Source: an uncultured Gemmatimonadales bacterium
Lineage (GTDB): Bacteria; Gemmatimonadota; Gemmatimonadetes; Gemmatimonadales; GWC2-71-9
Length of the DNA stretch: 64,000 nt
Assembly (NCBI GenBank): GCA_963846545.1
Contig: CAWJWG010000001.1
Span: 1,162,055-1,226,054, forward strand
Reading direction: 5' to 3'
A model generated the notes under the pieces. That model saw nothing but the letters and a program-made list of their open reading frames with translations, was not told where the DNA came from and did no database searches. Both the position numbers and the translations under genes were made by a program. Below, one piece after another: positions 59,250-64,000 of the stretch (position 1 is the stretch's first letter; each line of letters starts with the position of its first letter).

Positions 59250-61036
59250 GCGGATCGCGAGTGTTGCGCGGCATCGGGGTCTCCCCCGGCGTGGCGATGG
59301 GACCCGCGCTGATCGTCCAGTGGGATTTCCCCGAGGTCCCCGACCGCGCGGTCGGGCCCGACCAGGTCGAGGCCGAGGTGGCGCGCCTTCACAGCGCGGT
59401 CGACGACGTGGTCGCCACGCTGACCGAGCTGGGCGAGCGCGTGCTCCGCCGGGCAGGCCCGGAGGAAGCCCGCATCTTCGACGCGCAGATCCTGATGGCG
59501 CAGGACGGGGAGTTCCTCAAGGGCGTCGAGGTGCTCATCCGCAAGAACCAGCTCAGCGCCGAGACCGCCTACGAGTTCAAGGCGCTGGAGCTCCGGAACC
59601 TGTGGTCGGGCGCGGCCAGGCTGCGCGAGCGGCTCGCCGACCTCCATGCCATTCAGCTGCGGATCATCAACCGGCTCCTCGGCCGCTCCGGTGCCGAGCT
59701 CTCGGCGTTGCCGACGGACGATCAGGTGATCGTCGTCGCCCACGAGCTCTCGCCCGGCCTCACCGTGCAGCTCGACCGCGAGCACGTCGTTGGTCTCGTG
59801 AGCGAGGAAGGCACGAAGACGGCGCACGCCGCCATTCTCGCCCACAGCCTCGGCATCCCCGCGGTGATGGGTGCCGCGGGCGCACTGGCCAACATCCCGT
59901 CCGGCACGATGATCCTGCTCGACGGACAGAGCGGGGTCATCGTCCTCGATCCCACCGGGGACGAGCTGGAGGACGCCAAGACGCAGGTGAGCCGGCGCCA
60001 CAAGCTCGAGCTGCAGCTCGAGGGCGTGGTGGACCAGCCCGCGGTCACGCCCGAAGGGCGGCCGATCCTCATCATGGGGAACGTGGACCTGCCGGAGGAG
60101 ATCGAGCCCGCGCTCCGACTCGGCGCGCAGGGCGTAGGCCTCCTGCGCACCGAGTTCCTGCTCACCGGGCGGGCGACCCTGCCGACCGAGGAGGAGCAGG
60201 CCCACTATTTCCGCCGCGTCGCGCTGGCCTTTCCCGACCGCACGGTCATCATCCGCTCGTTCGACCTGGGCGGGGACAAGTTCCCGATCGCCTTCAAGGC
60301 CCCGCACGAGGCCAATCCCTTCCTCGGCTGGCGGTCCATCCGTGTCTGTCTCGACGAGCCGGAGGTGTTCCGGCCTCAGATCAGGGCGGTGCTTCGGGCC
60401 GCCTGGGGTCGCGACGTGCAGCTCATGCTGCCGCTGGTGACGCGGGTCGAGGAAGTGCTGGAGACGCGGGCGATCGTGCAGGAGGAGGCGGCCTCGCTCA
60501 AGGCGGCCGGCGTACGGGCGGCGGAGACACTCGCCGTCGGTGTCATGATCGAGACGCCCGCCGCGGTGCTCATCGCGGACCGGCTGGCGGAAGTCAGCGC
60601 GTTCTTCAGCGTGGGGACCAACGACCTCACCCAGTACACCATGGCCGTGGACCGGGGCAACGCGCGGCTGGCCGACCGCTTCACGCCGCACCACCCCTCG
60701 ATCGTGCGTCAGCTCAAGCGGGTGGTGGACGTCGGCCGGGATGCGGGTCTGCCGGTGAGCGTGTGTGGGGAGATGGCCTCCGAGGCGCTGAGCGCCGTCC
60801 TGCTCATCGGGCTGGGGTACGAGCGCCTCAGCGTCTCGCCGCCGGCGCTGCCGCTCGTCAAGTGGGTTATCCGCACGGTCCCCGAAGATGCGGCTCGTCG
60901 GGCCGCCGAGATCGCCCTCGCCGCATCGAGCGCGGAGGAGGTCTCGAGCGCGCTCCGCCGCACGGTGAGCGAGTTCATCGACGTGCGGCTGCTCGATCCC
61001 GGTTCGACGTTGCCAGGAAAGGGGTTGGGTGGGTAG
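59246..61036 (+). CDS. ptsI: Phosphoenolpyruvate-protein phosphotransferase (PTS Enzyme I)
   Basis: The GTG at 59246 overlaps the ptsH stop. 'GTKTAHAAILAHSLGIPAV' carries the active His, and 'GLLRTEFL' and 'FSVGTNDLTQYT' are also present. Confidence 0.9.
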   Translation: MSGSRVLRGIGVSPGVAMGPALIVQWDFPEVPDRAVGPDQVEAEVARLHSAVDDVVATLTELGERVLRRAGPEEARIFDAQILMAQDGEFLKGVEVLIRKNQLSAETAYEFKALELRNLWSGAARLRERLADLHAIQLRIINRLLGRSGAELSALPTDDQVIVVAHELSPGLTVQLDREHVVGLVSEEGTKTAHAAILAHSLGIPAVMGAAGALANIPSGTMILLDGQSGVIVLDPTGDELEDAKTQVSRRHKLELQLEGVVDQPAVTPEGRPILIMGNVDLPEEIEPALRLGAQGVGLLRTEFLLTGRATLPTEEEQAHYFRRVALAFPDRTVIIRSFDLGGDKFPIAFKAPHEANPFLGWRSIRVCLDEPEVFRPQIRAVLRAAWGRDVQLMLPLVTRVEEVLETRAIVQEEAASLKAAGVRAAETLAVGVMIETPAAVLIADRLAEVSAFFSVGTNDLTQYTMAVDRGNARLADRFTPHHPSIVRQLKRVVDVGRDAGLPVSVCGEMASEALSAVLLIGLGYERLSVSPPALPLVKWVIRTVPEDAARRAAEIALAASSAEEVSSALRRTVSEFIDVRLLDPGSTLPGKGLGG

Positions 61037-61055
61037 TTTCAGGCCGAACTGAGCC

Positions 61056-61127
61056 GGGCGGACGGGCAGGGGAATCGACGACCGAGCGCGAGCTCGTCGC
61101 CGGCTCCGAGGAACTGCTCGTCCGCCC
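61056..61127 (+). promoter_or_regulatory. Nested stem-loop between ptsI and metK (terminator or metK leader structure)
   Basis: The outer 14-bp stem pairs GGGCGGACGGGCAG (61056-61069) with CTGCTCGTCCGCCC (61114-61127), with one G-U. It encloses an inner CGAC..GAGC/GCTC..GTCG hairpin. There is no clear U-tract and I recognised no riboswitch consensus. Confidence 0.3.
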
Positions 61128-61169
61128 GCCCGTATATGGGCCCGACCCACTACCCGAGACGCGGCATTC

Positions 61170-63750
<2,581 letters not shown>

Positions 63751-63772
63751 CGGCCCCACGCCGTATCGCTCT

Positions 63773-64000
63773 ATGATCGAAGTAACGGTGGCACACCTCG
63801 GGCTCGACCGGTCGACCAACACGCCGGTCGTGATCCTGAGAGAGAAGGATGGGGCCCGCGTGCTGCCGATCTGGATCGGGCCCGCGGAGGCCAGCGCCAT
63901 CGCCATGGAGTTGCAGGGCATGAAGGCGCAGCGGCCGCTGACCCACGACCTCCTCAAGCAGATTCTGGTCGGGCTCGGCGGCGACCTGCGCCGGGTCGTG
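63773..64000 (+). CDS. Bifunctional nuclease family (DUF151) protein, 3' end outside window
   Basis: 'VVILREKDGARVLPIWIGPAEASAIAMELQGMKAQRPLTHDLL' matches the BFN/DUF151 pattern. The frame is still open at 64000. Confidence 0.7.
   Translation, partial: MIEVTVAHLGLDRSTNTPVVILREKDGARVLPIWIGPAEASAIAMELQGMKAQRPLTHDLLKQILVGLGGDLRRVV

Noticed and set aside
61037-61169. A SAM riboswitch upstream of metK.
   Set aside because: I could not find the conserved cores of the SAM-I, SAM-II or SAM-IV classes by eye. I report only a generic nested hairpin, and a covariance-model scan is needed to settle it.

Overview
This is a very GC-rich, tightly packed core-genome segment, almost entirely on the + strand, from a diderm bacterium. 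No gap exceeds about 130 nt. Gene order and protein style suggest a high-GC lineage such as Gemmatimonadota, but that is inference only and nothing was searched.

Contents in order:
- The tail of a chemotaxis module: TPR protein, cheR, cheD, cheB, two cheW and a second TPR protein.
- A peptidase-MA-like HExxH protein and a small membrane protein.
- tRNA-Val, a secreted TPR protein and tRNA-Asp.
- A complete dcw cluster (rsmH-ftsL-ftsI-murE-murF-mraY-murD-ftsW-murG-murC-ftsQ-ftsA-ftsZ), followed directly by an M23 peptidase, hisA, a vWA-type membrane protein, ftsY and recG.
- A short minus-strand pair (a BamB-like lipoprotein and a small secreted protein), then asnS and mazG (-).
- alr-deoB-cdd, then a lipoprotein/beta-barrel pair, miaB-comFB-comEC, fbp and an acyl-CoA mutase catalytic subunit.
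- An FmdB-type zinc ribbon, argS, a PfkB kinase, purM and an outer-membrane barrel.
- ribD-ribE-ribBA-ribH-nusB and a GT4 glycosyltransferase.
- hpf-hprK, a mannose-family PTS (EIIA/B/C/D), ptsH-ptsI, metK, ahcY and the start of a DUF151 nuclease.

I found no CRISPR array, mobile element, defence island or clearly novel multi-gene system. This looks like an ordinary housekeeping region.

The most unusual signal is seven net +1 reading-frame breaks in four strongly conserved genes: recG x1, mutase x1, hprK x2 and metK x3. All lie in the second half of the window and most sit in G/C runs. Assembly or consensus error is the most likely cause, but metK or hprK decay would matter biologically if the breaks are real.

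Minor observations:
- A possible CTG start coupled to the upstream stop (CTGA).
- A PASTA-like tail on FtsI.
- ftsZ translationally coupled to an M23 peptidase.
- comFB next to comEC, with a hairpin over the comEC start.
- A nested stem-loop upstream of metK.
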